The notes under the pieces were generated by a model that was not told where the DNA came from, did not search any database, and saw only the letters and a list, made by a program, of their open reading frames with translations. Positions 18,659 to 28,543 of a stretch of DNA of 46,953 nt are shown here, piece after piece. Numbering within the stretch: position 1 is the first letter of the stretch; every line of letters starts with the position of its first letter. This stretch comes from a virus (taxonomy: Duplodnaviria > Caudoviricetes): positions 1 through 46,953 of the IMG/VR virus record IMGVR_UViG_3300032083_003244; one strand, given 5' to 3'. The position numbers were made by a program, and so were the translations under genes.

Positions 18659-20284
18659 ATGGACCAGGAATCATCCCAATCTTATACCATCTACGATCTT
18701 GGCTACTCTCGTTCCTTGGAGAGGAATGGGGCTTCCGCTGGTTTAGCGCCCGCCACAACATCAAGCATCTTAGGCACATCTACCACGGGCTTATTCCAGG
18801 GTGGTCTTACTAATCTCATCGAGGGAGTATCTGAGGCTCAAGGAATCAACTCTGGTCAACTTACAGGACAACTCGAACAGGTGGCTGGCGTTCTGTACTC
18901 CGGCAAGACCTCATTCACAGATACAACCGCTGGATATCGTTTCGGGATTGATGAAAGCGACAATACCTATAAGTTCATCATGGGAACCACAGGTAGCTCG
19001 ATTGACTGGAACGTAACAACAGCGAACACCCTAACCATTACAGGAACGGTTGTAGCGACTGGTGGATCTCTCGGCGGTTTTAACATTGGTTCAGACTACA
19101 TCCGTGACGTAGCCAATTCCTTTGGGCTTGCATCCACAGTAACAGGTGGTGATGATGTGCGCTTTTGGGCTGGGGCTACCTTCGCTTCAAGAGCCTCGGC
19201 TCCTCTCAGGATTTACGAATCAGGTCTTATCGTGGCAACAGGAGCAACCATCAACGGCTCTGCTATAACGAATAACGATGTTTTTGGTAATGGCGCGGAT
19301 GGAGATCTAACAATTAGTTCCAACACCTCTCTTACGCGCGATACGTTTCTTAACGATCTAACAATCGACGCTGGGTTCACCCTAACGACAGCAGGTTTCC
19401 GCCTCTTTGTTAAAGGCACACTTACAATCGCATCGACGGGTGTTATTGGTTTTAATGGTGTAAATGGAAATAACGGTAACAATGGTTCCGGTACTTCATT
19501 CGGTACTGGTGGAGCAGGTGGCGCATCTCTCGCTGATGGTAATTTGAAGGGTTCTGAGGCTGGTAAAAATGGTACATCAGGTGGCGCTGGTGGGAATGGT
19601 GGTAGTGGCAACCCAGGCTCCAATGGCACGAATGGAACAGCAATAACAAATTCCTTTGCCGACTCATATTCCCAAGCTGGTTCTACTGGTGGGGCCGGTG
19701 GAACTGGTGGGACTGGTGGTGGGACTGGTGGGACTCCTGGAACGAGTGGGACTATTTCCGCCTCATTCGTGCGACCATACTCTTCGATATTCGGTGTCCC
19801 AATGTTGGATTTCACTCCTGGATCATCTCCAGCCTTCCTGCGTTATAACGGAAACGCTGGAGGTTCCACTGGAGGTGGAGGGGGTGGTAGCAATGTCGTT
19901 GGAACAACTGGTGGAGGTGGAGGCGGAGGTGGAGGGAATGGTAGCGCTGGTGGAACTGTGGTCATTGCTGCCAAGACAATAGTGAATAATGGCTCTATCC
20001 AGGCCGTTGGTGGAAATGGTGGCAATGGTGGTAACGGTGCTAATGCTGCTGGTGCTGGCGTAGCAGGTGGTGGTGGAGGAGGAGCTGGTGGGAACGGTGG
20101 CGCTGGTGGAGTCATTGTTCTTATCTATCAATCGCTCTCTGGTTCTGGAACAATCACCGCCGCAGGTGGCGCTGTTGGAACCGGTGGGACTGGTGGAACT
20201 CAGGTCAATGGTGGTGGTAATGGAGCTAATGGCGGTACGCCTTCTGCTGCTCCAGCAGGTGTAATTATTCAGCTACCTGTTTAG
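18659..20284 (+). CDS. Glycine-rich tail fibre/spike protein
   Basis: FGNGADGDLTIS motif followed by long GGxGGxG tracts. Confidence 0.7.
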   Translation: MDQESSQSYTIYDLGYSRSLERNGASAGLAPATTSSILGTSTTGLFQGGLTNLIEGVSEAQGINSGQLTGQLEQVAGVLYSGKTSFTDTTAGYRFGIDESDNTYKFIMGTTGSSIDWNVTTANTLTITGTVVATGGSLGGFNIGSDYIRDVANSFGLASTVTGGDDVRFWAGATFASRASAPLRIYESGLIVATGATINGSAITNNDVFGNGADGDLTISSNTSLTRDTFLNDLTIDAGFTLTTAGFRLFVKGTLTIASTGVIGFNGVNGNNGNNGSGTSFGTGGAGGASLADGNLKGSEAGKNGTSGGAGGNGGSGNPGSNGTNGTAITNSFADSYSQAGSTGGAGGTGGTGGGTGGTPGTSGTISASFVRPYSSIFGVPMLDFTPGSSPAFLRYNGNAGGSTGGGGGGSNVVGTTGGGGGGGGGNGSAGGTVVIAAKTIVNNGSIQAVGGNGGNGGNGANAAGAGVAGGGGGGAGGNGGAGGVIVLIYQSLSGSGTITAAGGAVGTGGTGGTQVNGGGNGANGGTPSAAPAGVIIQLPV

Positions 20285-20306
20285 GTGTTAAAATACACAT
20301 AATTTT

Positions 20307-21878
20307 ATGGCATTACGTTATAACGCAGATAGAAGCCTCGTAACCAATGATGGGTACGAGTGGATGACTCCCGCGCAAGCACGAGCGCGAGGGTTAGATT
20401 TAAGTACTGCCGCAACCCATACACCAGCTCCCGCCAGTCAGCAAACGCAGACATCACGTTCCACGGCTCCAACAGCGAGAACGAATGTCCCATCATCACA
20501 GGTACCCCTAAACGAAGCCGGTAATGGACTTGCATCAGGATGGACTCAGACAGGGACGGATAGATATGGTAATCCTTTGTTTAGCTTGACGGGGCCAGAA
20601 GAACCTACTAGACAGCAGACAGCCCCTACGTCGCCAACCCAATCATCACCGTATCAAGCTCCCACAGCAAACCGTCCTGGGCAGGTTGATTTATCGCGTT
20701 ATGGCGTAACCAACCCTGAGTATATTACCCAGGATCAGATGGACCGTATCAGACAGGATTATGATGATGTGTCCATATCTACCTCTCAAGTAGGAAATAC
20801 AATTAGAGCTACGGGTGTTAGCGGATCTCTGATTCCAAAGGCAACCGTCATAAACAATCAGGGTCAGCGTGTTACGGTCAGAACGGATAACCGTCCTGGC
20901 ACAGCGTGGCCTCCAGCTAACCAATACCTAGCCGCTGGATTCCGCCTAGAATCTGCCCCTGGCATAGCCCCAGGATCTACGCAGAACGCCCCAGGTACTC
21001 TTAACCTCGGTCTTGGAGCTGCTGGTGTGTCTCAGACCGGAGGAAGAGCTGGTGGGGCAGGTGGCAATGTGGTTGGTGTTGATGGTGATATTCAAACATT
21101 CGGAGATGGATCTCAAATCAATATACGCACAGGCCAAGTCATCACACCTCCTGGTGGTCAGTCTGGAGGTTCTTCCATGACTGTTGGGGGCATTGATACG
21201 AGTGGATGGTCTGACCAAGAACGTCTCGCGTTTCAGGGTGTTCTTAGCTACGTCCAAACAATCCAGGACCAGGGTATGCGACTCAATCCAACGATTGAGA
21301 TCACGCCAGAGATGACTCAACGGTTCCTGGATCAGGCAAGGACAGAGGTGGCCCCGTACTACTCACAGGCTATTAGACAGACACAGGAAGATTTAACAAG
21401 AAACTTAACTAGAACCGCCGAAGATTATGCTACGACAGAGCGGGGTATCGGTCGTGAGTATGGTCAAGCTCTTGAAGGAGCACAGCGAGACTTCGCCTCT
21501 CGTGGTTTAGAATTTTCTTCGGACAGAGATAAAACAGAAAGAACATTGGCAGAGAATACCCAAACCGCTCTTGAAGCTGCACAGCGTAATGCGTTACGTG
21601 CAGGACAGGATGCAGGGACAACAGGTGAGAGAACTCTTGGTTCATCATTCCTTCCATCCAATGCTACGAACATAAGTATCAATACAGGTGCTAGACCAAT
21701 TACTAACCAGCCTGGTGTTTACGGTATTACACCTTCAAGTGGTAGTAGCAGAAATCTGTTTACCTCCGTTGGTGGTACGACTGGTTCTATTGAGCGTGAA
21801 CGCATGACCGCTGAGCAGACACGTCAACAAAATTTAATCACGGCAGAGCGCCAGCTTCGTGGCACCCAATACGCTTAA
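20307..21878 (+). CDS. Putative internal virion/DNA ejection protein
   Basis: 523 aa, Q/T/G rich with a helical C-terminus; follows the tail genes. Confidence 0.55.
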   Translation: MALRYNADRSLVTNDGYEWMTPAQARARGLDLSTAATHTPAPASQQTQTSRSTAPTARTNVPSSQVPLNEAGNGLASGWTQTGTDRYGNPLFSLTGPEEPTRQQTAPTSPTQSSPYQAPTANRPGQVDLSRYGVTNPEYITQDQMDRIRQDYDDVSISTSQVGNTIRATGVSGSLIPKATVINNQGQRVTVRTDNRPGTAWPPANQYLAAGFRLESAPGIAPGSTQNAPGTLNLGLGAAGVSQTGGRAGGAGGNVVGVDGDIQTFGDGSQINIRTGQVITPPGGQSGGSSMTVGGIDTSGWSDQERLAFQGVLSYVQTIQDQGMRLNPTIEITPEMTQRFLDQARTEVAPYYSQAIRQTQEDLTRNLTRTAEDYATTERGIGREYGQALEGAQRDFASRGLEFSSDRDKTERTLAENTQTALEAAQRNALRAGQDAGTTGERTLGSSFLPSNATNISINTGARPITNQPGVYGITPSSGSSRNLFTSVGGTTGSIERERMTAEQTRQQNLITAERQLRGTQYA

Positions 21879-21882
21879 ACAT

Positions 21883-24123
21883 ATGGCTACCACACGAGAC
21901 CTATATTCAATCGCTTCAAGTGGGCAAACCACAACCCCATTTCTTTATACACCTGCGCCTAACATGTCAGTCGGGCGTGCTTTGCCGATGACGCCAGCCC
22001 CGAACATGACACCAGCCCCAAACCAATCCAGGCAATTAAACCTACCCGTCCAATCGGTTGGTGCTGTTCAGGCTGGTAATTCTCCTTCAAGACGTCAGAT
22101 TCTTGCTGATGGTCAAAGGCTCTATGCGTTTGATGGAACAAATGCCACCTATATTAGTGATCCAAGTCAATTAGCAGGTCTCGTTAGGCAGGGATACGCA
22201 GATACACGCGCACCTCTTTCAAACTTTGTATCCGGCTCAAATGCAATGGGTAGCGGTGTTTCTTCATCTCCTGCCCCGACACCCACTCCTTCACCTGTTC
22301 AAACATCGCCAACAGCACCCACACAACCAACGACACCCCCACCACAGCAAAACAATTCACCAGATTTTAGAACGGCTATTACGCAGCTTCTTACTTCGGT
22401 TCAACGAGGAGGTGGAGATCAAGACCTTACGACGGCAAGAAATGCTCTTATCAACGCACGTTATAATGCTGTCACAGATATTACGCCGGAGGGAAACCGT
22501 GTTCTTTCGCCATCTCAACAAGACGCTATCCGTTCCGGTTCTGAGAGAGGCTTGAATGAACAAATCGGTGGTGTTAACGCAGCCATTGAATCCCGTGGGA
22601 AAGAGCGCAGCAATGCCCTTGATGCCATTACAAGAACTTCTAACATCCTCAAGACAGTGGATGATATTTCTAGTGGTGGTAAGCCAGAATATAGAGAGGT
22701 CAACGGTCAACTCATCCAGATCAAGAATGGTGTAGCCACTCCTATTTTTGGCTCTCCTAAGACCGATACAGCTACCGAGAGTGATGTTCGTCAAGCTGCT
22801 AATGCCATCATGCAAAGTGACCCTACGGTTTCTTCGTATGAAGAGGCTTATGCCAAGGCAGATTCTCTTCTCCGTGGAACTGGTGCTTCTGGTATGGGTG
22901 GTGGCACTGGTGGTTCAAGTGGGTCTACACCATCTCGTTCCTCTATTCCTACGTTTGAGCAATACCTCCAACAAGAACAGGAAAGTGTTGGTATGTCGTT
23001 TGGATCAGCTCAAGTTCAAAGAGCTAGAGATAACTACAATATCCTTTCTGCTGCTGCTTCTAGCGCATCATCCGCAGGAAATACCCCAGAGGCTATTCGG
23101 ATGTATACGCAAAATTTGGTTGGCAGCTTCCCTCAAAGTCAGCGTATTAACGTTCAAAGAAATGTTGAGACGTTTCTTAGAGAAGGAAACACCGAACAGG
23201 CTTTGAAATACATTAAGCAACAGGCATATCAAAACCTAAGCGATACAGCCAAGGGTACATTCAACATGAATAACCTAGCCAAAGGATCTTTGGGGCAAGC
23301 TATAAATCTTGTATCTGACCAAGAGATTGCCACAGGTCCATATAAACCATTGTTTGAGAACGCGAAGCCCTGGCTATTGATGCAAAAAGATCCCAAATAT
23401 ACCGATCTATTTATTTTGATAGGCCAAGGACAGGCTCAATTGCGTCGCGCCCTATTTGGTACTGCTCTCACAGAAACGGAAGCTGGTACAGCCAACCAAT
23501 TTCTTATTAAGGATGGTGATAATATGGCGGTCATTAAGCGTAAGTTGGATGGTGCAACAAAGTTCCTATCATTTTCTAATGACGCGATATTAGCTCAAGA
23601 ACTCGGTCAACCAATACCTGATTTCGGATCATATCTGAATATGACAGGTTCAGGAGGTAGAGATAGGTCATCCTTTGACGCAAGTTTCGGTAAGGAGTCG
23701 CAAACCTCCCTAAAAGGCCCAATGAATGTAGAGGTAAAAAAGATTGCCTCAGCCATAGGCCAATATGAGAGTGGCAAGAACTACAAGGCTCTTGGTCCTA
23801 CGGTTCCAACAGGTATGTATGCTGGTCAAAGGGCTTTGGGTGCTTACCAAATAATGCCTGGTAATCTTCCTAGCTGGAGTAAATCTGCCCTAGGTAGGGT
23901 TGTTTCTCCTCAAGAATTTCTTGCTAATCCACATCTCCAAGATGCTATTGCCCAACATCAAATGGCTAAAATCTACCAAAAGCACGGCAGTGTAGAAGAC
24001 GTGGCGAGTGTATGGTTCACGGGAAGACCTCTCAAGCAAGCGGGAAATGCTGCCGATGTCATAGGCACGACCGCTCCCAAGTATGCACGCTCTGTAAGAG
24101 CGATCTATAACCGCCTCGTTTAA
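21883..24123 (+). CDS. Ejection protein with C-terminal lysozyme-like/lytic transglycosylase domain
   Basis: IGQYESGKNY...ALGAYQIMP...FLANPHLQDAIA...W motif set; CATATG start at 21883. Confidence 0.7.
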   Translation: MATTRDLYSIASSGQTTTPFLYTPAPNMSVGRALPMTPAPNMTPAPNQSRQLNLPVQSVGAVQAGNSPSRRQILADGQRLYAFDGTNATYISDPSQLAGLVRQGYADTRAPLSNFVSGSNAMGSGVSSSPAPTPTPSPVQTSPTAPTQPTTPPPQQNNSPDFRTAITQLLTSVQRGGGDQDLTTARNALINARYNAVTDITPEGNRVLSPSQQDAIRSGSERGLNEQIGGVNAAIESRGKERSNALDAITRTSNILKTVDDISSGGKPEYREVNGQLIQIKNGVATPIFGSPKTDTATESDVRQAANAIMQSDPTVSSYEEAYAKADSLLRGTGASGMGGGTGGSSGSTPSRSSIPTFEQYLQQEQESVGMSFGSAQVQRARDNYNILSAAASSASSAGNTPEAIRMYTQNLVGSFPQSQRINVQRNVETFLREGNTEQALKYIKQQAYQNLSDTAKGTFNMNNLAKGSLGQAINLVSDQEIATGPYKPLFENAKPWLLMQKDPKYTDLFILIGQGQAQLRRALFGTALTETEAGTANQFLIKDGDNMAVIKRKLDGATKFLSFSNDAILAQELGQPIPDFGSYLNMTGSGGRDRSSFDASFGKESQTSLKGPMNVEVKKIASAIGQYESGKNYKALGPTVPTGMYAGQRALGAYQIMPGNLPSWSKSALGRVVSPQEFLANPHLQDAIAQHQMAKIYQKHGSVEDVASVWFTGRPLKQAGNAADVIGTTAPKYARSVRAIYNRLV

Positions 24124-24126
24124 TAT

Positions 24127-26304
24127 ATGTCCACCTATACCAAGCAAGATATCCAGAAGCTCCTCAAGTACTCGCCTAACCTAAAACCGAGCGATATTGC
24201 TCGCGCTATGGAGGCTAAGGGACATATTGTTGAGGGTTGGAATGATAACCAGGATGATACTCCCCATCAGGGTAATTATGGGATTTCTCCCTCACAACGA
24301 TCATCCCCACAGACGATAGGCAACTACTCCCAAGAATATCAGGAGGATCAACCAAACATCCTTGATCGTGCCTCTAACGCCGTGAATAAGACCTACGAAT
24401 CCTACAAAGAGCTTCCTGGCGTAAAACAGTTTGGTCAGGCGGTAGGAACGGTTGTAGGAACTGCCGGAGGCGTTATCGGTGGAGTCGTGGGAGGCGTAGG
24501 AAACACTATCGCCAACGCCTTTGATGGAAAGCCTTTATTCGAGGGATTCGGAAAAGCCGTAAGCGATACAGCAAGATCTACGGCAGAGTTTGGTTACGGT
24601 ATTGGAAAAGAAGGGGCTGCTGCTGCACCATTGGGCGCTGCTGGTAAACTTGTGAATGTCCCCCTTGCTCTCTCTCAGGGGTACGAGGGTGGTAAGAACG
24701 TTTATCAGGGCATTAAAGAGGGTGATATGGAAAAAGGATTTGAGGGTGGTGTCCAACTTGGAACCGCTCTCCTGGGGGCAAAAGGAACCTTTGCAGGGGA
24801 CAAGGGCTTGCTCCTTAACCGTAGCGCTATCCAAAGATCCATAGAGACAACCACTCCTCCTGGTAAGGCCCCTCCGCCATCAGGACCAATGGGAACCATC
24901 CAGCGTGCTAATGAAGCCATCCAGTCAACGGGTGACTTATATCCCCTCCAACACACACCATCTATTCGCCAACGTTTCGGCAGCGCTGTTAATAAGGTTG
25001 CAAGGGCTACTGAGAGCATGATGTCTGTACCTGACAAGGTTATGGCGGGAGCCAAAGCCCCTGTTGAGCGTTTCTTGACCAGTAGATTAGTGAGCGCTTA
25101 CGACGAGACTTTGCGTACCACTGCCTCTCAAGGAAGAAACGAGGCGAAATCTGGCAAGAGTGCCGCAAGATTCCTTGCGGAAGAAGAGATCGTCCCTCGT
25201 GTTGATGATGGAAAACTAGACGGATTCTCCACGGTAGATGAAGAGCTTGGTCCAAAATATAAAGCAGAAAACGAAGCATTTAATCGCATCCTTGAAACGG
25301 AGCCAGCCATGTTGAGCCTGGAACAGGCAAGACAAACAGCGCTCAAAAACATTGAGAGCCAGAAGAACATGGGGAGTGATTACACCGCGATGGTTGACCA
25401 TATAAATAAGGAATTTAACACTATTCGTGAACTCTATAAGGGTGATGGAACCCCCCAACGCGGAGGAGATTTACTCATGTCCATGAAAGATGGAAATCGG
25501 GTTAAGTCTGGTGCATGGCAGCGTGCTAATCTTGATAAGATGACAAAATCACAGGCTGTAAAGGACGCCGATTACCAAATCGGCAAGGCATGGGCTGCAC
25601 AGATCGGTGAAAAGGCTCAGAACGCGGATACAAAGAAGATGAACTCTCGTCTTGGTGACTTCGCTAACGCCATGAAGATTTTACAGGCGAACCATGATAA
25701 GAAGATGCCAAAAAACTATATCCGCCGTGGCATTACCACGGGTATTGGTTTTGTTGTAGGAAATAGTCCTGTTACCCGTCTGGCAGGAGCGCTCTCAGGT
25801 GAGGCCCTCGCCAGGTTTATGATGGACCCAAGCGTCAAGTCTTCGGTAATAAACAACCTCCTAAATAAATTGGGCAAATCTCCTCGTGGCAAGACTATCG
25901 TGGAACAAGCTAACGAGATCATTTCTAGGGAAGAAGACGCAGCTTTTGGACGCAAGCGCCTAACAGCTCCAGCTATCCAAGCAAAGGGGCAGACACCTAA
26001 GCCAGAGTTGAGCAGGTTCAATGAGCAACAGTTCAATAATGTCCTACGTTTTGGTCAACAAGGGTTTGATAGACGCCTACTTACATCTCCAAGCATGAAG
26101 CTGCTCGACGCTCCCTATGCAAACAAAAAAACTGGCCTACGACATCCGGACTCAGGTCCTATATCGTTGCCAGGTTCGTATGCAGGTACAAGCAAAATCG
26201 CCTCTCAGGGAGAAGCTATCGGTAGGAACCGTGACCTTGGATTTAGTGGTCCAATGACCAAAGCGGAAATGGATGCTGCTCGGCTAAACAAGAGACGGCA
26301 TTAA
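24127..26304 (+). CDS. Putative internal virion/DNA ejection protein
   Basis: 725 aa with Gly/Ala-rich amphipathic segments; last gene of the + strand module. Confidence 0.55.
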   Translation: MSTYTKQDIQKLLKYSPNLKPSDIARAMEAKGHIVEGWNDNQDDTPHQGNYGISPSQRSSPQTIGNYSQEYQEDQPNILDRASNAVNKTYESYKELPGVKQFGQAVGTVVGTAGGVIGGVVGGVGNTIANAFDGKPLFEGFGKAVSDTARSTAEFGYGIGKEGAAAAPLGAAGKLVNVPLALSQGYEGGKNVYQGIKEGDMEKGFEGGVQLGTALLGAKGTFAGDKGLLLNRSAIQRSIETTTPPGKAPPPSGPMGTIQRANEAIQSTGDLYPLQHTPSIRQRFGSAVNKVARATESMMSVPDKVMAGAKAPVERFLTSRLVSAYDETLRTTASQGRNEAKSGKSAARFLAEEEIVPRVDDGKLDGFSTVDEELGPKYKAENEAFNRILETEPAMLSLEQARQTALKNIESQKNMGSDYTAMVDHINKEFNTIRELYKGDGTPQRGGDLLMSMKDGNRVKSGAWQRANLDKMTKSQAVKDADYQIGKAWAAQIGEKAQNADTKKMNSRLGDFANAMKILQANHDKKMPKNYIRRGITTGIGFVVGNSPVTRLAGALSGEALARFMMDPSVKSSVINNLLNKLGKSPRGKTIVEQANEIISREEDAAFGRKRLTAPAIQAKGQTPKPELSRFNEQQFNNVLRFGQQGFDRRLLTSPSMKLLDAPYANKKTGLRHPDSGPISLPGSYAGTSKIASQGEAIGRNRDLGFSGPMTKAEMDAARLNKRRH

Positions 26305-26684
26305 CGTCTGTCTCCAAGCCAAAGCACAAACCAAATCGTAATCACCATCGTAAGCAGATAAAGCATAAAGCAAATAAAATAATAAAGCCGTACCAAATCT
26401 TTAACCTCATGGGATGAAGATAGTACGGCTTTTATGTATGAAAATGGCATCAGCCTAACAGCGAAGAAACCACGACAGAAGCCTTTTCGCTTTGGATCAT
26501 ACACACCGTACATATTTTAATCCAGTGGCAATGTTTGGTTGTGTAGGACCATGTTTTCCAAATCCTTCCATCAAAGCGTCGATAACTTTGATTTGAGCGG
26601 CATGTCCATACTTCCTGGGATCAGCAGGGGTATAAACACCGGAAGAACTGGGTACAGAAAACACAATCCCACACAAACAAACAT

Positions 26685-26758
26685 TGGTTCCGAAGGTAGG
26701 TATCGAACCCACGTTCTCAGCTTCAAAGGCTGGTGTCCTGCCATTAGACGACTTCGGA
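26685..26758 (-). tRNA. tRNA-Gln(TTG)
   Basis: Cloverleaf, loop CTTTGAA, TTCGA T-loop, encoded CCA. Confidence 0.9.
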
Positions 26759-26759
26759 A

Positions 26760-26833
26760 TGGAGCCTCTGCGGTGAATCGAACACCGATCTACGCTTTAC
26801 AAAAGCGTTGTTCTGCCATTGAACCAAAGAGGC
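26760..26833 (-). tRNA. tRNA-Thr(TGT)
   Basis: ACGCT-TTTGTAA-AGCGT-type arm, CCA end. Confidence 0.9.
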
Positions 26834-26856
26834 ATGACCCCCAATAGGGGGATCTA

Positions 26857-27129
26857 TTAAACGGTTGGCTTACCTTCTGCATCTACGCCGTAGCGTTTTT
26901 GCTGGTCTTTCTGGAAGGGCATCCAATCCCACTGTCCACCATTAGACCCTTGTTCAACTCGTTGGTTGAAGTACATGCCTGTTGGATTCAAGACACAGAG
27001 GCTCACCACTCCCGCTGCTGCATCCAAAACATCTGTGATGATGGAAGCACGTTCTTGCCCAACAGGAAACTTACCATCTGCACTGCCTAAAGCGTGATAA
27101 TAAACCATTCGTCCTACGGTTGGTTCCAT
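26857..27129 (-). CDS. Conserved-looking phage hypothetical protein within the tRNA cluster
   Basis: PTVGRMVYY...RASIITDV...SLCVLNPTG motif, 90 aa. Confidence 0.7.
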   Translation of the reverse strand: MEPTVGRMVYYHALGSADGKFPVGQERASIITDVLDAAAGVVSLCVLNPTGMYFNQRVEQGSNGGQWDWMPFQKDQQKRYGVDAEGKPTV

Positions 27130-27151
27130 AAATTATTCTTAATGCAGTTAT

Positions 27152-27290
27152 TCCTGCCGCGAAGTGATGATGAGGGTTCTTCGGTGCAATGGATTCGGGG
27201 TTTACTTGTGAAGGGGTACATGTACCTTTCAACAAGATTAGCACGTAGAGCATTGAACAGAGCGTAACTTTTCATCACCACACGGCAGGA
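27152..27290 (-). ncRNA. Candidate 6S-like rod-shaped RNA
   Basis: End-to-end pairing TCCTGCCG/CGGCAGGA, GTGATGA/TCATCAC and CAATG/CATTG; central bubble; apical hairpin. Confidence 0.45.
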
Positions 27291-27370
27291 GGCGATAATA
27301 AAGCCTAGGATAATTTCATCACTCGCTACCTAGGAATGGGAATGAGAAACCTATTATTATCGCCTCTGCG

Positions 27371-27442
27371 CTCACGAACCTGGACTCGAACCAGGAACCT
27401 ATCGGTTAACAGCCGATTGCTCAACCATTGAGCAATTCGTGA
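27371..27442 (-). tRNA. tRNA-Asn(GTT)
   Basis: ATCGG-CTGTTAA-CCGAT; no encoded CCA. Confidence 0.9.
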
Positions 27443-27443
27443 A

Positions 27444-27517
27444 TGGTTGCTGCCTCCGGAATTGCACCGGAATCTCCAGCTTATGAGACTGGCGAGCTGC
27501 TATTGCTCCAGGTAGCT
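27444..27517 (-). tRNA. tRNA-Met(CAT), initiator-like
   Basis: Loop CTCATAA, 1:72 mismatch, GAGC/GCTC D-stem, atypical T-loop TGCAATT, CCA. Confidence 0.75.
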
Positions 27518-27518
27518 A

Positions 27519-27593
27519 TGGTCCAAGGGGCATGGATCGAACATGCGACCACTCGCTTATCAGACGAGGATTCTACCGCTGAACTACCCTTGG
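27519..27593 (-). tRNA. tRNA-Ile(GAT)
   Basis: CTCGT-CTGATAA-GCGAG, CCA. Confidence 0.9.
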
Positions 27594-27594
27594 A

Positions 27595-27670
27595 TGGTGC
27601 AAGGACTCGGAGTCGAACCAAGTTCTCTCGGGCTTCAGCCGAGCGCTCTAACCACTAGAGCTACCCTTGC
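27595..27670 (-). tRNA. tRNA-Phe(GAA)
   Basis: CTCGG-CTGAAGC-CCGAG, CCA. Confidence 0.9.
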
Positions 27671-27671
27671 G

Positions 27672-27749
27672 TGGGGTAAGGAAGGAGAGTCGAACTCACC
27701 ACTGAAGGCTTCACAGGCCCCCGTGCTTGACCATTACACTATCCCTACC
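27672..27749 (-). tRNA. tRNA-His(GTG)
   Basis: Loop CTGTGAA, G-1:C73, CCA. Confidence 0.9.
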
Positions 27750-27750
27750 A

Positions 27751-27824
27751 TGGCGAGGAAGCAAGGAATCGAACCTTATCTTGTGGTTTTGGAGACCATC
27801 GTGCGGCCACTACACCACTTCCCC
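27751..27824 (-). tRNA. tRNA-Trp(CCA)
   Basis: Loop CTCCAAA, CCA end. Confidence 0.9.
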
Positions 27825-27825
27825 T

Positions 27826-27911
27826 TGGCGGAAGGTAAAGGATTTGAACCTTTGAGTCTTTCGACTGGCAGTTTTCAAGACTGCTGGTATAAACCACTCA
27901 CCCAACCTTCC
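27826..27911 (-). tRNA. tRNA-Ser(TGA)
   Basis: GCAGT-CTTGAAA-ACTGC, long variable arm AGTC-GAAA-GACT, G73, CCA. Confidence 0.92.
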
Positions 27912-27930
27912 GTTGGATACACATTCTACA

Positions 27931-28383
27931 CTAATCCCAAAGTGAGTCGAAATGCTTAGCGAAAAGAGCTAGTGCTCTTTCTTTTCTGGCGCTGAGAAGC
28001 GCCATATTATGTTCCCATACTTTCTTCTCTTCTTTCCCACAGGAGGTGGGATACGTAAGCTCATCCATCTCACCTCTTGCTTCAAAGCCCTCAATCATTT
28101 CATCTAAACAAGCATCCCATAGCTTTATCGACTCCTCCATTGGCAGGAAGTGTGTGCTTGTTTTTTCACCCCAATCACCACAGAAATCTAAGGGTACACC
28201 ATGTTTTGTCTCTTTGAGACGTCTCAACATACCGACAAGTATGTTAGATAGATGGTAGTCCATACTCCACACATCACGATCAGACCAGCCACGTGTAACA
28301 CGTTGGTAAGCCCATTTTATCTCTCGTGGAATGTCCGTAATCCATTTGTATATGTGGAATGGCGTGTATCGGTTGATGGTCAT
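27931..28383 (-). CDS. Phage hypothetical protein
   Basis: QRVTRGWSDRDVWSMD...FAKHFDSLWD, 150 aa. Confidence 0.75.
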   Translation of the reverse strand: MTINRYTPFHIYKWITDIPREIKWAYQRVTRGWSDRDVWSMDYHLSNILVGMLRRLKETKHGVPLDFCGDWGEKTSTHFLPMEESIKLWDACLDEMIEGFEARGEMDELTYPTSCGKEEKKVWEHNMALLSARKERALALFAKHFDSLWD

Positions 28384-28543
28384 ACCTTTTTAGTTACTGA
28401 AACAGGTTTGATTTCAGTGGTCATGTTTTCCTTCCATTCTTTGCAGCCACAAAGACTTTCTTCGCAACCGTGTTTACAGACTAAAGGGCTGTCGTGCATA
28501 ATGCAGACATCTTGGCTCACTCGACATCCATGTTTATTTGGTT

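Noticed and set aside
19213-20131. Pro-rich - strand ORFs (also those opposite 8815-11418)
   Set aside because: Antisense shadows of Gly/Thr-rich codons in fibre genes.
8815-20284. Diversity-generating retroelement acting on fibre genes
   Set aside because: No reverse transcriptase, and the fibre duplication differs at synonymous sites of all bases rather than only at adenines.
169-26304. Stop-codon reassignment
   Set aside because: Long genes are intact in code 11 and tightly packed, with TAA, TAG and TGA all apparently used as stops.
27443-27959. + strand ORFs (71 and 138 aa), and likewise 26539-26847
   Set aside because: Antisense shadows of tRNA genes.
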